DNA from: Spirochaetia bacterium
Lineage (GTDB): Bacteria > Spirochaetota > Spirochaetia > UBA9216
DNA length: 64,000 nucleotides
Assembly: GCA_963677925.2 (NCBI GenBank)
Contig: CAXXYH010000004.1
Coordinates: forward strand, 1,824,001-1,888,000
Direction: 5' to 3'
Shown: piece by piece, positions 19,385-28,231 of the stretch
Layout: each line of letters opens with the position of its first letter
Numbering within the stretch: position 1 is the stretch's first letter
Program-made: the position numbers and the translations under genes
Notes under the pieces: generated by a model
Seen by the model: only the letters and a program-made list of their open reading frames with translations
The model's database searches: none
What the model was told of the DNA's origin: nothing

Positions 19385-19945
19385 TTATACAGAATCCAGC
19401 AATTCCCGAAGAACTGCCGGGTAGAAGAGGTGTTCGAGTTCGTGGATCTTTGACTCGATCTCATCTAATGATTCCTCTCCGTTTCTATTAAAAGACTTTT
19501 GCACAATTACGGGGCCAGTGTCAAGACCATAGTCAACCCGGTGGATTGTGATGCCCAGCTCCCTGTCGCCGGATTCGAAACTCTCAAGAATACCGTGTGT
19601 ACCGGGATATTTTGGAAGAAGTGAAGGGTGAATATTGATGATACGGCCTTGATAACTGTCTATCAGAACCGGGGTAAGAAGTCTCATAAAACCTGCAAGC
19701 GCTATTAGGTCGGTATTCCTCTCTTCAAGCTTCATTATTATATCTGTTTCAGCTTCTTCTCTAGTTCGTTTGTAATATGGGATGTAGATTCCCTCTATTC
19801 CCAGCCTCTCGGCTCTTTTGAATACCCCGGCATCTTTTCTGTCGCAGATCATGCAGACAGTCTTATGACTGCTGTCTGCAAGTGATTCTGCTATGGCCTC
19901 AAAGTTGGAACCGTTTCCCGAGGCCAGAATAGCGAGATTAGCCAT
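19385..19945 (-). CDS. purN: Phosphoribosylglycinamide formyltransferase
   Basis: SGNGSNFEA, LAGFMR, NIHPSLLP. Confidence 0.97.
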   Translation of the reverse strand: MANLAILASGNGSNFEAIAESLADSSHKTVCMICDRKDAGVFKRAERLGIEGIYIPYYKRTREEAETDIIMKLEERNTDLIALAGFMRLLTPVLIDSYQGRIINIHPSLLPKYPGTHGILESFESGDRELGITIHRVDYGLDTGPVIVQKSFNRNGEESLDEIESKIHELEHLFYPAVLRELLDSV

Positions 19946-20900
19946 TTATTATTTTACCGATTTCCATAAGCTCTATACCGGTTTCTGAAGCAGTCTTTTT
20001 CAGTTTGTCAGCAAATTCAGGAGCTGATGTGAAAGCAATACCGACTCCCATGTTGAAAACCTTCCGCATCTCAGCGTCTTCTATCTTGCCTATGGAACTG
20101 ATTGCTTCAAATATTTCAGGAACGGGCCAGCTGTAGTTGAATTCAGGTTTCACATTTTTAGGCAGTACTCTGATGAGGTTTCCAGTCAAGCCTCCGCCCG
20201 TAATATGTGCGGCCGCATCGACGTATCCGCTTCCAATCAGAGTTTTGAGTGCTTTAACATAGATAACTGTCGGTTCAAGAAGCAGTTTCATGAGCTTCTC
20301 ATCCGTATCGGGTATTATCTTTCTTGCTAGAGACAGGCCGTTTGAGTGAATCCCGGATGAGGGCAGTCCGTAAATGATATCTCCGGCTTTAACCTTAGAG
20401 GTTCTTGGGAGCATTTCTGATTTTTCGACAAGTCCAACGCAGAAGCCGGCCAGATCGAAGTCGTCGCCCTGATACATGTCAGGCATTTCCGCTGTCTCTC
20501 CGCCGCTAAGGATACATTCAGCCTGTTCGCAGCCGTTTACAATACCGGAGATGACCTCTTTCATGATGTCTTCGTTAAGGCTTCCGCAGCCGATATAGTC
20601 CAGGAAGGTCAGCGGCCATGCGCCGCAAACTGCAAGGTCGTTTACGCACATTGCTGTAAGATCTATTCCAATTGTATCGAATTTCTTAAGTTTCTGTGCA
20701 ACCAGAAGCTTGGTTCCGACTCCGTCTGTTGAAGAGAGCATTACCGGATTCTTAAATCCACTCATATCAAGTTCGATTCCGCCGGCAAAGCCTCCGATTG
20801 CTCCGGATACGGCACTGGACTTAAGTCCGGAAATGTATTCGGCAAACCTGTCGCCCTTTTCTATATCTACACCGGCTTCAGAATATGATTTGATACCCAA
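19938..20900 (-). CDS. purM: AIR synthetase
   Basis: YSEAGVDI, TDGVGTK, GGETAEMP, HSNG, HITGGG; probable TTG start at 20900 with SD AGGAG. Confidence 0.96.
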   Translation of the reverse strand: MGIKSYSEAGVDIEKGDRFAEYISGLKSSAVSGAIGGFAGGIELDMSGFKNPVMLSSTDGVGTKLLVAQKLKKFDTIGIDLTAMCVNDLAVCGAWPLTFLDYIGCGSLNEDIMKEVISGIVNGCEQAECILSGGETAEMPDMYQGDDFDLAGFCVGLVEKSEMLPRTSKVKAGDIIYGLPSSGIHSNGLSLARKIIPDTDEKLMKLLLEPTVIYVKALKTLIGSGYVDAAAHITGGGLTGNLIRVLPKNVKPEFNYSWPVPEIFEAISSIGKIEDAEMRKVFNMGVGIAFTSAPEFADKLKKTASETGIELMEIGKIING

Positions 20901-20901
20901 G

Positions 20902-22290
20902 TTAATATCTCCTATTTTCCGGTATCTGAACCGGATATTCTCCGCAGAAGCATGCATAACAGTAATCACTGCTGCTGCCTACGCATTCTTTAAGTTTTTC
21001 GATTGGAAGGAACATCACCGAATCGGCACCTATGTGCTCTGCTATCTGTTCGGGAGTCATGCTGTTTGAGATAAGTTCTTCACGCGTAGGAATGTCAATT
21101 CCAAAATAGCATGGCCATTTGAGTTCAGGTGATGAGAGTCGCAGGTGTACTTCAGCGGCACCTGCTTCTTTAAGAAGCTGAACAAGAATCTTGCTGGTTG
21201 TGCCGCGGACAAGTGAATCATCAATAAGGATTATTTTCTTCCCTTTAATGGTTTCTCGAATCGGATGAAGTTTCATCCTTACTGCAAGTTCGCGCTGGGC
21301 CGTTGTCGGCATGATAAATGAGCGTCCTGCATAGTGATTTCTTGTTAGACCGTGATCGAAAGGGATTCCGGAGGCTTTAGCGTAGCCGATAGCAGCGTTG
21401 TTTCCTGAATCCGGTACCGGTATTACGATATCGCCTTTGACGGGATCACATTCTGCCAATGCCGCACCCATTTTCTTTCGCATTCCATGAACGGATTCAT
21501 CAAAAACCTTGGAGTCCGGACGTGCAAAATAGATAAGCTCGAATATGCACTGACTTTTCGGGGCTGTTTTACCCAGAAAAATACTCCTGACGCCGGATTC
21601 ATCGGCGATAATCATCTCTCCGGGTTCTACCTGTCTGTATTCAGTTACATTCAGGGTCTCCAATGCACAGGTTTCGCTTGCAACTGCAATTAACCCGTCC
21701 TTCTCTCCTATATAGAGAGGTCTGAATCCATTGGGGTCGCGTACGGCGATGAAGCTGTCATTATGAAGCATCACCATACTGTAGGCTCCTTCCAGCTGCT
21801 CAAGTGTTTCTACAAGTGCATCATAGAAGCTTGTTTTCCTGCTTCTGGCTGTAAGGTGCAGGATAAGCTCGGTATCACTGGTTGTCTGGAATATTGAGCC
21901 CTCTGCACGCAGTGCTTTGTGAATATCAGCTGCATTGGAGATGTTGCCATTATGTGCAAGCGCTATTTCACCTTTATTGCATTCAACGTTTATGGGCTGT
22001 GCATTTTCGAGCCTGTTTCCGCCTCTTGTTGAGTAGCGCACATGGCCTATGCCTGCTGTGGTCAGCTTCTGTACCTGAAGGTATCTTGAAAGAACAGTTG
22101 AAACCATTCCAAGATCCTTATAGGTGACTGTGTGACCGTCTTTGCGATATGAAATACCGGTACTCTCCTGACCTCTGTGCTGAAGTGAGAAGAGACTGTA
22201 GAACAGCATTTCCGGGATGTTAACTGCTTTTTTTGAGTAAAAACCGGCCACTCCGCAGTAATGGCCAAGGCTGTCTGTTTTATCGTCCAC
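20902..22290 (-). CDS. purF: Amidophosphoribosyltransferase (propeptide and Fe-S type, as in Bacillus)
   Basis: 11-aa propeptide then catalytic CG; LQHRGQES, GHVRYST, IDDSLVRGTT; Fe-S cysteines (QCIFE, PCYFG, CYAC). Confidence 0.97.
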   Translation of the reverse strand: MDDKTDSLGHYCGVAGFYSKKAVNIPEMLFYSLFSLQHRGQESTGISYRKDGHTVTYKDLGMVSTVLSRYLQVQKLTTAGIGHVRYSTRGGNRLENAQPINVECNKGEIALAHNGNISNAADIHKALRAEGSIFQTTSDTELILHLTARSRKTSFYDALVETLEQLEGAYSMVMLHNDSFIAVRDPNGFRPLYIGEKDGLIAVASETCALETLNVTEYRQVEPGEMIIADESGVRSIFLGKTAPKSQCIFELIYFARPDSKVFDESVHGMRKKMGAALAECDPVKGDIVIPVPDSGNNAAIGYAKASGIPFDHGLTRNHYAGRSFIMPTTAQRELAVRMKLHPIRETIKGKKIILIDDSLVRGTTSKILVQLLKEAGAAEVHLRLSSPELKWPCYFGIDIPTREELISNSMTPEQIAEHIGADSVMFLPIEKLKECVGSSSDYCYACFCGEYPVQIPENRRY

Positions 22291-22295
22291 AATGA

Positions 22296-22324
22296 AAGCT
22301 ACCAGAACTGAAAAACCTTGTAAA
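22296..22324 (-). promoter_or_regulatory. Putative promoter giving a leaderless purF transcript
   Basis: Minus strand TTTACA-17 nt-TAGCTT, 5 nt before GTG; no SD. Confidence 0.45.
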
Positions 22325-22395
22325 GACTCCGGCCTGAAAATTCAGGACATTAAATCTATGATTATCAGCTTAAAGCCATAGTCCTGATTCATTTA

Positions 22396-23382
22396 TCAAT
22401 ATAAAGACAGTATTGATCTGTATTCTTCAAAAGATGAGGCATGAACAATTCTATTACGCAGTGAAGCCGCTCCGGAGGATCCCTTTATGTATGAACATAG
22501 GTGTTTTTTCATTTCCCTGCATGCCCTCTGTTCTCCGTGAAGCTGAACAGCAAGTTCAAGATGTTCAAGCGCTGTTCTTATCTTTTCATTTTCCCGCGGA
22601 GGAGGGGGGACTGTTCCTATAGTAAGTAGCTCCCTGGTCATGCTGAAGATCCATGGATTGCCGAGTGAGCCCCTGGAAAACATTACACCGTCGCAGCGGG
22701 TTGAAGAAATCATATTGTATGCGTCTTCAGGACTGAAAAGATCTCCCGAACCAATTACCGGGACCGTTATATTTTCTTTCAGAATCTTTATAAGTGTCCA
22801 GTCGGCTTTTCCTGAATAGCCCTGAACCCGTGTTCTAGGGTGAAGACTTACCATTGAGGCTCCTGACTCTACTGCAGTTTCCGCAGCTTCAAGGAAATTC
22901 AGGCTGCCTGAATCCCATCCGGACCTGATTTTTACTGAAACCGGAATGTTTTTACCTGCAGCAGCAATTCCTTCATTCATGGCTTTCACAACTTCGCCTA
23001 GACGCACTGTATCTTTCATAAGTGCGGAGCCTGCGCCGTTTTTTATTACCTTTGGTACAGGACATCCGCAGTTTAAATCAATTACAGACGGGTTGTATTC
23101 CAGTACCGTTTGCATCGACTCTTTTGCAATTTCCGGATCTGAGGTAAAAACCTGGATGGCAAGGAATTTTTCATTTTCAGCCGGATTCATCAAGGCTATG
23201 GTTTTCTCCCCTTCTCGTATAATACCGTCACAGGAAACCATTTCGGTAAAGCACATATCCGCACCGAGTTTTGTTGAAATACTTCTGAAAGGCGCATCTG
23301 AAAACCCGGCAATAGGGGCTAAAAAAATATTGCCCGGAATCGTGATTCCGGGCAATTCTATTTCATGATATAAACTGTTCAT
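22396..23382 (-). CDS. dusB: tRNA-dihydrouridine synthase B
   Basis: LAPIAG, DLNCGCP, GAGSALM, VSVKIRSG, HPRT. Confidence 0.92.
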   Translation of the reverse strand: MNSLYHEIELPGITIPGNIFLAPIAGFSDAPFRSISTKLGADMCFTEMVSCDGIIREGEKTIALMNPAENEKFLAIQVFTSDPEIAKESMQTVLEYNPSVIDLNCGCPVPKVIKNGAGSALMKDTVRLGEVVKAMNEGIAAAGKNIPVSVKIRSGWDSGSLNFLEAAETAVESGASMVSLHPRTRVQGYSGKADWTLIKILKENITVPVIGSGDLFSPEDAYNMISSTRCDGVMFSRGSLGNPWIFSMTRELLTIGTVPPPPRENEKIRTALEHLELAVQLHGEQRACREMKKHLCSYIKGSSGAASLRNRIVHASSFEEYRSILSLY

Positions 23383-23398
23383 TGAAAGTATTATTCTC

Positions 23399-24172
23399 TC
23401 AGTCGGAGATACCGAAGAAATTCATTGAATTCTCATAGATAATATCACTGAATTCTTCTATAGATATGCCTCTTAAATCAGCAAGAAATTCAGCAGTAGC
23501 ATGCAGATAAGCCGGTTTGTTTCGTTTACCGCGATAGAGTGAAGGAACCATGAAGGGGCTTTCTGATTCTATGAGCATGCGGTCAAGAGGCATATTCCTG
23601 GCTGTGTCATGCAGATTTCTTGCATTCCTGTAGGTTACATTTCCTGCGAAAGATATATACAGGTTGAGTTCGAGGGCTCTCTGTGCATAGTTCCAGTCTT
23701 CTGAGTAGCAGTGGAGTATGCCGCCCCTTGATGGAAGTTTTTCGCTCAGAATGCTGAGTACATCTTCACCGGCTTCCCTGTTGTGAATAATTACCGGTTT
23801 GTCCAGTTTCTCTGCAAGTTCCAGCTGGCGGATAAAAAGTTCGACCTGTGAATCTCTGTTTCCGAATTTACGGTAATAATCGAGACCTATCTCGCCTACG
23901 GCAACAACTCGTGGAAGTGATGTCCCTTCTATTATCTTCATTTCCCAGTCAGATCCGGGGTTCTGAACCTCAGAGGGCGATACACCTATACTGTGATATA
24001 TATGTGTTGCAGTCTCAAGATTGGGATAAACATAATCAAAATCTCCAAGGCTGTTACAGATACTGACAATATGTTTTACGTCTGATTGACGTGCTTCCTG
24101 GCAAATAATTAACTGCTCGATAGGGTCTTCATTGATAAGCCCTATATGCGCGTGAGTATCAAAAAGCTTCAT
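23399..24172 (-). CDS. tatD: TatD-family nuclease
   Basis: DTHAH, GEIGLDY, IIHNREA, ILHCYS. Confidence 0.93.
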   Translation of the reverse strand: MKLFDTHAHIGLINEDPIEQLIICQEARQSDVKHIVSICNSLGDFDYVYPNLETATHIYHSIGVSPSEVQNPGSDWEMKIIEGTSLPRVVAVGEIGLDYYRKFGNRDSQVELFIRQLELAEKLDKPVIIHNREAGEDVLSILSEKLPSRGGILHCYSEDWNYAQRALELNLYISFAGNVTYRNARNLHDTARNMPLDRMLIESESPFMVPSLYRGKRNKPAYLHATAEFLADLRGISIEEFSDIIYENSMNFFGISD

Positions 24173-24293
24173 AGTATTTCCTATTTAAAAAAGTGGTTTA
24201 TTTTGGTCTATAATTACAATGATACAGTTAAAACTACCACGTTCACCATTCGCCGTCAACATTTATTTAATAAATGTTTTTATACTTATTATC

Positions 24294-24322
24294 TTGCTAG
24301 TATCCGAAAATTAAAATATAAT
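24294..24322 (+). promoter_or_regulatory. sigma70-type promoter of the M23-bactofilin-yaaR-ricT operon
   Basis: TTGCTA-17 nt-TATAAT, then SD GAGGAG and TTG at 24341. Confidence 0.6.
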
Positions 24323-24340
24323 ACGCAGAGGAGAACGGTT

Positions 24341-25354
24341 TTGTCAGCTGAGCGCTATAAGAAGTTCGAAAACAGATTCGTCGAGAATGCTGGACGTGTA
24401 TTCAGGAAGATAGGTGTAACATTTTCTTCCGCAGTTCACAGCTTTCTAAACGGCGGAAAACAGAAAATTACCATCATGCTCATTCCTCATTCGGAAAAGA
24501 AGGTTGTAAATTTCAGAATCTCTGTTTTTGCACTTGTATTCATTTTTGTAATCACTGTTGGTGTAATTTCCTCTTTCTTTGTATACACCACCAGAATGTC
24601 AGGAATAGTACACCAGCTTGCTGAGCGTACCGAGGATCTTGATTCTGCGGAATCAAATCTGGACCTTCTGATGGACCAGGTTTCCGATCTTAAAAAATCG
24701 TCCAGAAGTTTTGAAGTAGCCCTCGATAAGGCTATGGATATTCTTAATATCGATAATGAAAAAGAACTAAAGGCCAGTGTTGCCGACGGTGATTTTGCCT
24801 CCCTTATTTCTGCAAGTGAAACAGAAGCAGGAGTTATCAGGGAAATCAGTGAACTGAAAAATCTATCCGCCTATCTTCAGGATTCAGTCGAATCATTCAG
24901 TAAGATTACGGATTTGATTATCTCTCAGGGTGATCTTCTGGTTGAAATGCCGACACTTTGGCCTGTTGAAGGCGGTGACGGCAGAATTACCAATTATTTC
25001 GGTCCGGCAGAACACCCCTTTACGCATCAATGGTACCTGCATAAGGGTATTGATATAGGGTACGGCTTTGGTAAGCCTATTCTTGCCGCGGCTAACGGCA
25101 AGGTTGTAGAAAAAAAGTATGAACCTCTAGGATTCGGAAACTACATTGTTATCAGGCATAATTACGGCTTTCTGACGAAATATGCGCATCTTAATGATGT
25201 TTACGTCAATGAAGGAGATGTTGTAACCCAGGGCCAGGTAGTCGGTGCTATGGGAAGCACAGGGCTTTCAACCGGACCTCATCTGCATTTTGAGGTAAGG
25301 ATCGGTTCACAGGTTGTTGACCCTGAAAAATTTCTCAACGTCAGAAAGAGGTAG
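24341..25354 (+). CDS. Membrane-anchored M23 metallopeptidase (coiled coil plus LytM domain)
   Basis: TIMLIPHS motif, TM helix, coiled coil, HKGID and STGPHLHFEV; probable TTG start at 24341. Confidence 0.92.
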   Translation: MSAERYKKFENRFVENAGRVFRKIGVTFSSAVHSFLNGGKQKITIMLIPHSEKKVVNFRISVFALVFIFVITVGVISSFFVYTTRMSGIVHQLAERTEDLDSAESNLDLLMDQVSDLKKSSRSFEVALDKAMDILNIDNEKELKASVADGDFASLISASETEAGVIREISELKNLSAYLQDSVESFSKITDLIISQGDLLVEMPTLWPVEGGDGRITNYFGPAEHPFTHQWYLHKGIDIGYGFGKPILAAANGKVVEKKYEPLGFGNYIVIRHNYGFLTKYAHLNDVYVNEGDVVTQGQVVGAMGSTGLSTGPHLHFEVRIGSQVVDPEKFLNVRKR

Positions 25355-25389
25355 GACCGGACTCCGGATTTTTTGCATTTAAGGATTCT

Positions 25390-25842
25390 ATGATGAGTAA
25401 TTACCTTTCGGAAGAAGGAACATTCATTAATTCCCTGATAGGGGATGGTACCGTGTTTAAGGGAGAGTTATCTCTTAATGGTCTGCTTCGTATCGATGGA
25501 GATTTTTCAGGCACGGTAAAGACTGAAGGAAAAGTACTAATAGGAAAAACCGGCAGGGCGGAAGCTGTCATCGATGCCGGTACTATTGTTATAGGCGGTG
25601 TGCTTAAGGGAAACATAACTGCAACTGAGAAGGTTATTATTCTTTCAACCGGCATGCTTATAGGTAATGTTTCTACACCGCGTTTTATTGTTGAAGACGG
25701 AGTAATTTTTGACGGTAACTGCAAGATACTTCAAAACGACAATTCTGACCGTACTAACAGCAGTTCTGATGAAGGCAAGTTCTTTAAAGGCTATGCTGAG
25801 AAGCTGAAAGGGCTAGAACCAGTTTCTTCATGGAAAAGATAG
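25390..25842 (+). CDS. Bactofilin (polymer-forming cytoskeletal protein)
   Basis: SLIGDGTVFKGEL, LRIDGDFSG, GVIFDGNC beta-helix repeats. Confidence 0.92.
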   Translation: MMSNYLSEEGTFINSLIGDGTVFKGELSLNGLLRIDGDFSGTVKTEGKVLIGKTGRAEAVIDAGTIVIGGVLKGNITATEKVIILSTGMLIGNVSTPRFIVEDGVIFDGNCKILQNDNSDRTNSSSDEGKFFKGYAEKLKGLEPVSSWKR

Positions 25843-26327
25843 ATTTCCCTTCCGGGGGCTCACTATCAAGCAAAGGCAGCGGTAATAATAAGGTAAAGAA
25901 AGGAAAGGAATCTCCTCTGGTTTTCAAGAGTCTTGTAGAGTCTGAAACTTTAACTGCAAATGCAGTTAAAGGTGTAGAGGGATTCGATGAAGATGCAGAT
26001 CTCGAAGACCTTCTTGATGATGTGCATCAGAATGGAGAACAGCTTCTTGAGAGCCCGTCATTGTCTGCTGTTATGGCCTATAAAAAATCAGTTAGAAACT
26101 TTATTCATTATATCACTCAGCAGTCACTTTCTGTTGAATCAATTGATGGTGTTAAATTCAGTAAATATAAACCATCGAATAAGCAGAAAAGGTATACCCT
26201 TATTCGTGTGATTGATGATAAACTTGAAAAACTTGCAAGTGGAATACTTCAGAACCAACTTAAACAGCTGGATCTTCTTGCCAAGGTTGAAGAGATAAAT
26301 GGTCTGTTAATTGATATGACCAGATAG
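25830..26327 (+). CDS. YaaR / DUF327 family protein
   Basis: LLDDVHQNGEQL, YKKSVRNFI, IDDKLEKLA, EEINGLLID. Confidence 0.85.
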   Translation: MEKIDFPSGGSLSSKGSGNNKVKKGKESPLVFKSLVESETLTANAVKGVEGFDEDADLEDLLDDVHQNGEQLLESPSLSAVMAYKKSVRNFIHYITQQSLSVESIDGVKFSKYKPSNKQKRYTLIRVIDDKLEKLASGILQNQLKQLDLLAKVEEINGLLIDMTR

Positions 26328-26340
26328 GAGTACTTTTATT

Positions 26341-27201
26341 ATGGAAGGTAACAGTTCAACAGCTGTTAAACATATTTATAGATTTAAAATGCTGCATTCA
26401 AGCGAGACCCATCTTTGTGAGGTGGGGCAGGAGCTGGAAAACGGCAGTTTTTCAGTTATAACCAGCCGTTACGGCAAAGATGTTGCCAAAGTGATGGGGC
26501 AGCTGAAATGCAGACCTGAAGAGAAGCATGAGGGTGAATTCCAGAACTTTATCAGGATAGCTACTGAAGATGATATGTCACAGTATGAGGCCAATCTGAT
26601 TAAGGAAAAAGAGGCTGTTAAGATTTGCCGTGAAAAGGTTGCGGCGCATAGTCTTGATATGAAGCTTGTCTCTGCTCATTATCTTCCGGAAGAATCTAAG
26701 ATTCTATTCTTTTTTACAGCCGATGCCCGTGTTGATTTTAGAGAGCTTGTAAAAGATCTTGTTTCGATATTCAAGATGCGGATAGAGCTTCGGCAGATTG
26801 GTGTGAGGGATGAATCCAGGGTTCTGGGTGGAGTTGCTGTCTGCGGAAGGCAGTACTGCTGCCATAACATCACAGACAGGCTTCAGTCTGTCTCGATTAA
26901 AATGGCTAAAGAGCAGAATCTGTCACTGAATTCAATGAAGATTTCCGGCCCTTGTGGAAGACTTTTATGCTGTCTTTCCTATGAATATGATTTTTATAAG
27001 GAAGAAAAAAGAAAGCTTCCATCTGAAGGAAACAAGATTACAATAGGTAAAACAGTCTTTAAGGTAACTGAAGTAAATATTCAGTCCATGAAAATAACGT
27101 TATATGGTGACGACGGCCGTAAGGCGGAAGTTCCGGCAGATAAATTTGCCAGAAAGACGGAAAACGGTCCATGGGAATTTACAGGCAGTCTTGAAGATTG
27201 A
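26341..27201 (+). CDS. ricT: PSP1-domain Fe-S protein RicT/YaaT
   Basis: RVDFRELVKDL, RIELRQIGVRDE, CGRQYCC, SGPCGRLLCCL. Confidence 0.92.
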   Translation: MEGNSSTAVKHIYRFKMLHSSETHLCEVGQELENGSFSVITSRYGKDVAKVMGQLKCRPEEKHEGEFQNFIRIATEDDMSQYEANLIKEKEAVKICREKVAAHSLDMKLVSAHYLPEESKILFFFTADARVDFRELVKDLVSIFKMRIELRQIGVRDESRVLGGVAVCGRQYCCHNITDRLQSVSIKMAKEQNLSLNSMKISGPCGRLLCCLSYEYDFYKEEKRKLPSEGNKITIGKTVFKVTEVNIQSMKITLYGDDGRKAEVPADKFARKTENGPWEFTGSLED

Positions 27202-27226
27202 CTTTCATAAAGTTTTTTGTTAGATT
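27198..27226 (+). promoter_or_regulatory. sigma70 promoter (extended -10) of the small Zn-ribbon ORF
   Basis: TTGACT-17 nt-TAGATT preceded by TGn. Confidence 0.6.
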
Positions 27227-27267
27227 AAAGCGTCGGAACAAGCATAAAATTACATAAGGAGTATCAA

Positions 27268-27438
27268 ATGGCACAGGTCAGTAAGAATGCGCGTGTTGGC
27301 TCTGGTACACATAAACACACATGTCCATGTGGTGGAGATGTTAAGATGAGAGCAGTTTTCCAGAATGGTAAACTCAAAAATGTCGCAGTATGTGAAAAAT
27401 GCAGCAGAAGAGAGAGAAGACCAAGCGACTTCAAATAA
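27268..27438 (+). CDS. Small basic zinc-ribbon protein, 56 aa, missing from the ORF track
   Basis: SD AAGGAG; MAQVSKNARVGSGTHKHTCPCGGDVKMRAVFQNGKLKNVAVCEKCSRRERRPSDFK*; has its own promoter and terminator. Confidence 0.85.
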   Translation: MAQVSKNARVGSGTHKHTCPCGGDVKMRAVFQNGKLKNVAVCEKCSRRERRPSDFK

Positions 27439-27461
27439 TCACTTTTAACTGTATTTAGCCG

Positions 27462-27496
27462 AGGCTGTCTTCATTATACTGAATGACAGCCTTTTT
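27462..27496 (+). terminator. Intrinsic terminator after the small ORF
   Basis: AGGCTGTC...GACAGCCT followed by a T tract. Confidence 0.8.
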
Positions 27497-27551
27497 GTTT
27501 TATTACCGTAATTTAAGCAGATATCCACCTGGTATAATCAGAGATATATAC

Positions 27552-27580
27552 TTGACTATAAAGGATTTATCTGCTAATTT
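27552..27580 (+). promoter_or_regulatory. sigma70 promoter of rpsT
   Basis: TTGACT-17 nt-TAATTT with TGn extension. Confidence 0.6.
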
Positions 27581-27618
27581 ATCACACCGTTAGATATAGA
27601 AATTATCGGAGGATTAAA

Positions 27619-27888
27619 TTGCCAGGAAAAGGTTCAGCGGCAAAACGCCATAGACAGAGTGAAAAAAGAAGAATGAAAAACAGGGTTGCCAAAAGCACAG
27701 TAAGAACTGTTACAAAAAACTTCATTCTTGCAGTAAAATCAGGTGATAAACCTGCTGCAGAAGCAAAATACCTTGAGATGACAAAGCTCATGGATACTGC
27801 TGCAGGAAAGGGTATCTACCATAAGAATATGGTTGCAAGAAAGAAATCCAGAATGCATAAGCTTCTGAATTCAATCGCTGCGGAATAA
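27619..27888 (+). CDS. rpsT: 30S ribosomal protein S20
   Basis: SAAKRHRQSEKRRMKNR, KGIYHKNMVARKKSR. Confidence 0.97.
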   Translation: MPGKGSAAKRHRQSEKRRMKNRVAKSTVRTVTKNFILAVKSGDKPAAEAKYLEMTKLMDTAAGKGIYHKNMVARKKSRMHKLLNSIAAE

Positions 27889-27925
27889 TCTGCAGAACGA
27901 AGATTTTAATAACAGGGGATTGCTT

Positions 27926-28231
27926 GTGAGCCAGACCAAACTCACAAAAGCTGAAATAATCGAAAATATTCATGAAAGGGTTGAGTTGAACCGTAAGGAT
28001 GTTCATGCGGTAATCGATGCCATGTTTGATGAACTGAAAAATGCTCTTGAAGAGGATAAAATAGTCGAACTTCGTGGTTTCGGTACTTTTGAAATCCGTA
28101 CTAGAAAGGGCCGTGAGAAGGCCAGGAACCCTAAAACCGGAGAAATAGTTCCGGTAAAAGCTCATGGTGTAGCTGTTTTCAGGCCTGGTAAAGAACTGAA
28201 AACACTGGCCTGGCCTCTTAGGAATGAATGA
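27926..28231 (+). CDS. HU/IHF-family DNA-binding protein
   Basis: VELRGFGTFE, ARNPKTGE, FRPGKELK; probable GTG start at 27926. Confidence 0.95.
   Translation: MSQTKLTKAEIIENIHERVELNRKDVHAVIDAMFDELKNALEEDKIVELRGFGTFEIRTRKGREKARNPKTGEIVPVKAHGVAVFRPGKELKTLAWPLRNE

Noticed and set aside
22330-22395. Purine/ZTP riboswitch or attenuator upstream of purF (TCAGGAC...GTCCTGA stem)
   Set aside because: The region is short, lacks riboswitch consensus, and lies upstream of the putative purF promoter; more likely the dusB 3' structure
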